From NCBI RefSeq assembly GCF_011745625.1, contig NW_027191460.1:124001-188000 (forward strand): a DNA stretch of 64,000 nucleotides. Direction: 5' to 3'. How positions within the stretch are numbered: the first letter of the stretch is position 1; every line of letters starts with the position of its first letter. A model generated the notes under the pieces. It ran no database searches. It had not been told where the DNA came from and was given only the letters and a program-made list of their open reading frames with translations. Source of the DNA: Cladosporium halotolerans (Eukaryota). The translations under genes and the position numbers were made by a program. Shown one piece after another: positions 59,661-64,000 of this stretch.

Positions 59661-61340
59661 AGTCCCACGATTTTAGCTGCCAAGGTTTTGGTTTCGGCGT
59701 TGGTGTTGGCGTTGCCTTCGGGGTGTTGGGTGGTGGTGAAGGTGCGAGCGTTTGGATCTGGTACAGACGGAGAGGAGGGAGGCGGGATTTTTATGCCGTC
59801 GGGGAGTCAGAGTTCGGTTATATGCGGATGGCGAGACACCGGTGCTTTATGTGCATTCACTTCGCTTCTTGCTCCTGGGAAATTAGGTCATGCAGGCGGT
59901 CATTTACGCTATGGAGGTGAATGAAGATTGTGATGGACCTTCACAGCGGATCTTCCAAGGTTGACAATGATGAGTCTTCACAGCGGTAAGCCCCGGTTCA
60001 CACAAGTGAGGTGTAGGAGACGACAGAAATGATGCTTGAGAAAGAAGCGTAAGTTGCCGGCTCTCAATGGTGCTGGTTCCTTTCTCACGTACATAGTCTA
60101 TAGTACTACCACAGCAGTAGAAAGTGGTGTTCGTGATCTCGTGTTCGTCGTAGCCCTTGCACACAGGTCTTTAATCTCTGTCATCCGCATTCTGTGCACT
60201 TCGTCGTTCTGTGATGATTTGCGAACCAATATCTAAACGATATATCGTAAACACTTTTGGTATATTAAGTCGCACGATATCCGCTCACTATATTGACGAT
60301 ATCAGAGAAGTAGACACAAGATGTCATCTGAAAGTGTAGAAAGCGCCCTTAAAATAGAGGATTTGTTTTTTTCCATATCGACCGACGACCATGATTTCCC
60401 AAATAGGATGTTACGAGATCGTCACGTGTAAGAGCATGTAAGTGAAGCGGACACTGACCGGCTCTTCAATGCGTTGTACTGAATGTGGTTTTGCTTGACT
60501 TGAGTCCGGCTCGACCACTGGCCAGTTGACATCGTCGCACTGCTTGTTGTAGGGCGTTTCACACCGAATGTGAAATGGACTGTGGTCCATCCAAGCAATG
60601 CGAATCACTTGGTGTTGCCCGGCTTCGGGCACATTACGGATGACTAATCCAGAGATCGTCCGAGTCTCTGGTGTTTGGCACGAGCAGAGTGTTTGGAACT
60701 CTGATGTCCGTCAATGGCCTCTGGCAACCTCGCGCAGTTGCGTTTTGCGAGACGAGGTTCGACCTCATCTTTCAGCGGCGTCCCACGAACCCACTTTTGG
60801 TGTCTTGAGCATCCGCAAGATGCCGCTATTTTCATGACGCGGTTTCCACGCAGGCTCGGTTCAAGGCTGCCGAGACTCGGATTTGGAGCCCTCATGCTGC
60901 CTTATGTCCCCCGAGCCGGATATCCGCGTGGTTAGCCAGGCCGCGGTGGTGTCAGCAATTTCGAAACAGGGACATTTTAAGGTTCATCTTCAAGGGCGCT
61001 TGCATGCAACTAGCGCGTCACTTCTCCGTCGATCGGACCTTTCTGGGAGGGGAGTGGAAGTCTGTTGCTGCGCCTCGCCGTTGATTGTGATTTTCGAGGA
61101 GTGAGATCCCGCAACGTGCGTCAGCGTGCATGGGCGCCGTTGAGAGACAGCTGGGTGGTGGACGTCTGGCCCTGGTGATGTGCGGTGGTTGTTTGCGATT
61201 ATCACACCTCATTGTGATCCTCCTCCTGGCGGCCTTTCCTTGCCTGTTACTCCTGTTGCTGCCGAATAACGCGCCCTTGAACCACCGCATGGATACGACG
61301 CGACGCAACCAGCTCTACTGTTGATTCGAGATAAATAATC

Positions 61341-64000
61341 ATGGACTCTGATACAGCGTAAGTCTCCCGCATCCTGGCAGCGAGCCGTCTCCGTCTCGTT
61401 GCACAGCAGACGCTCGCTTGCGGCCACTCGCTCGCACACCATCGCCGTCGCAGTGAGGGGCAGCTTGGGCCGACGAACCGTCGCAGCGGAGACCTGCACG
61501 CTGCACGCCCTCCACCACCGGCATCGTCACCCTCCAGCCTCGCCCCTCCTTTCGCCCCAAGCTGCCCTACTCTCCCTCCACCTGCCAGCCCATACCCATG
61601 ACAACTCGCCGGTCGCCCAGTCCGCACAGGCCCAGGCCTGCACTTTCCACCACCACTAACTCTCCGCTCCCCAGAAACAGCAGCGGCGGCGAAAGCCACA
61701 AGCGCTCCAAGTCGGGCATTACACGCTCGCTGCTCAACCGAGTCTCCAGCCGGGGCGACACGCCTCAGTCGCCGATTTCGCAGACGAACGACAGCACAAT
61801 GACGACTCCGGCCGACAGCAGCACCAGCCTGCCCGTTCGCGAGTCCTCCTCTTCGAGCCTGCATCCTTCCGCCTCGCGCAGCTCCAATGTCGGCCACCGG
61901 CCACACCTCTCGACGACCATGTCCAATACCAACAGCCGACTAAGCATGGAGTTGCCAGGCAGCAGAGACAAGGATGCCGAGGCAAGTCCTGTCACGCCTT
62001 CCAGTGCGACGCAGGGTGCGAGCATCGAGCAGAGTGTGCGCCTGTTCAAGGTGTTCGAGGCATTGAGGAATGGAGATACCGCTGCGATATCCCGAGCAGC
62101 CAAGGGGGACGACAACATGAGGTTGGAGGGCACGACGATACTACACCTTGCGATCCAGTGCGCCGAGCTCGCGGTCATCGAGTTTGTCCTCTCGCAGCAA
62201 GCCGCAGACATCAACGCCAGGGATCGGGATGGAAACACACCCCTACATGTCGCGGCCATGCTCGGTCGTGCGCCTGTCGTCAAGCTGTTGCTCGATGACC
62301 AGAAGGACATCAACGATGCCTTGACCAATTACCAGGGCAAGACGCCATTGGACCTCGCACGCAGCCCGGAGATCTACCAGCAGCTGCAGCTGGCGAGGAG
62401 CATGTTCATCGATGCTAATGTGCGCAAGATCCAGCAGCTAGTGAGCACCAGCAACTACGAAGGTCTTGAAACCCTTCTAGGCGAAAGCAAGGTGCAAGCC
62501 CTCATGGATGTGAACGGACCGGAACTGGCGACCGAAGCTTCTACTACAGAGCACGGCGGCACGCTTCTTCACGAGGCTGCGAGGAAAAGGGACACCAAAC
62601 TCGCGCAGATCCTCCTACTCAACGGTGCTGACCCATTCCGTCGCGACAAGAAGGGCAAGCTGCCACAGGATGTCACCAAGGATGATCGCACCAAGGCCAT
62701 CCTCAAGAAATCACCTGCCGCCGCCGCAGCCCAACGCAGCATTCAGGAGAAGACAATTTTGGGAGACGGCATGCAGGCACCCTCCGACTCTGGGCCAACT
62801 TCCAAGGAAAGCAGAGAGATGAAGGGATACCTGCGCAAATGGACCAACTACACCTCTGGATACAAGTTGCGATGGTTTGTCTTGGAAGACGGCGTACTCA
62901 GCTACTACAAGCACCAGGATGACGCTGGATCCGCCTGCAGAGGTGCAATCAACATGCGCATTGCGAAGCTCAAGATGGATCCCAAGGACAAGCTGCTTTT
63001 CGAGATCCACGGTAAGAGCTCGGTCAAGTACAACCTGAAGGCCAACCACGAGGTGGAGCAGAAGAGGTGGTTCTGGGCCTTGAACAACGCCATCCAATGG
63101 GCCAAGGACGAGGAGCGCGAGGAGTCGAAGAGGCAAGAGCAAGAAAGCGCAGCTCTCAAGGAGGCGCGCAAGGAACAACTCGAGCGCCAGCACACGCGCG
63201 AGGAGAACGTGGCCCAGCAATCTGGAAACAGCCTGATCCCTGGCACCGCTGTCGGTCTTCACACTACCGCTTCCTCACAGCGTGCGCCCAGCAGCATCCA
63301 AGATGGCACGAGCGCATACGAGCCCAGCTTTGTCGAGGACCCCTTGTCGAAGAGCCTGAGCAGAACCAACACCGCAACTATCGAAGGCGACCTCGACGAC
63401 GACGAGGAGTACGGCGACGACGCCAGCAGCCACGAGATTCGCCCAGCCAACCGCGACGCCTTCTCTATCACCGCGCAGTCTGCCAAACTTCAGCTCGATC
63501 TTCTCGAACAGGTCTCGGCCGCGCTCAAGCGCCAGCAGAAGAAGCAGCCGGACACCCAGATTAGCCACCCCGACGTCGCGCAAGCGCTTTCCAGCTACGA
63601 GACCGCAGTCGGCAACCTCAAGGGCCTGCTGCTGGACCTCCTTCGAATCAGCAAAGATCACGAAGCGTACTGGCACTACCGCCTCGAACGGGAACAGAAC
63701 GTCCGCAGACTGTGGGAAGACAGCATGGCGAGAGTGGCTCGGGAGCAGGAAGAGCTGGAGACAAGGATCGGCGAGAGCGAGGACAAGAGGAAACGGACCA
63801 AGCGCGCTCTGCGTGAGGCGCTCGAGGGCCAGAAGCCCGAGACGAGCAGGACACCGAGTATCCAGGAGGACAAGGAGGGCGAGGAGGCGGAGCAGCCCGT
63901 CGTCGACACGTCCAAGCCTACGCTGGAGTTGCCCAGGGAAAGCACGTCGATTCGCAGGCGACCCACTATCGCTGCTTTGACGAACAACGAAGTCTCTGAT
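61341..64000 (+). CDS. OSH1: Oxysterol-binding protein, Osh1/Osh2 type (ankyrin repeats + PH domain), truncated by the window end
   Basis: Ankyrin repeats 'GTTILHLAIQCAE', 'DINARDRDGNTPLHVAA', 'GGTLLHEAARK..GADPFRRDKKGKLPQDVT'; PH 'EMKGYLRKWTNYTSGYKLRWFVLEDGVLSYYKHQDD..CRGAINM'. Exon 1 (61341-61357) and intron 61358-61674 are in frame; the ORF stays open to 64000. Confidence 0.92.

Noticed and set aside
60750..60770. B-box-like GGTTCGACCTC
   Set aside because: No A box, cloverleaf or T-run terminator nearby.

Overview
Gene-dense, GC-rich genomic DNA from a filamentous ascomycete. Short GT-AG introns with CTRAC/CTAAC branch points and Pezizomycotina-type orthologues support this; Dothideomycetes/Mycosphaerellales is my inference. 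About 26 protein-coding genes can be read: Pho80-type cyclin, complex I 78-kDa subunit, SDR, a Cys-Pro/His repeat protein, a secreted beta-propeller lectin-like protein, a fungal SLATT protein, a UBL-WLM protease, MARVEL, a stand-alone BRCT protein, XRCC4, Byr4, a transporter-like/DUF3431 fusion, the NRD1-citrate synthase-YHM2 trio, an aldo-keto reductase, alkaline phosphatase, a Thi9-like APC permease, a coiled-coil orphan, RVB2, eIF2D, a VHS/GAT protein, choline kinase, allantoinase and the 5' part of an OSH1/2-type oxysterol-binding protein. Two non-coding elements stand out. (1) An intronic TPP riboswitch (40595-40770) in the permease gene, with competing 5' splice sites that decide between a full-length and a prematurely terminated product. 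(2) An unannotated, heavily structured ~230-nt RNA gene on the minus strand (~42880-42649) with TATA box, internal A and B boxes, paired ends and an oligo-T terminator. It looks like a Pol III unit that I cannot assign to tRNA, 5S, U6, SRP, RNase P/MRP or telomerase RNA. No CRISPR array, rRNA, canonical tRNA or intact transposon was seen. All family calls come from motif recognition by eye; no database searches were run.
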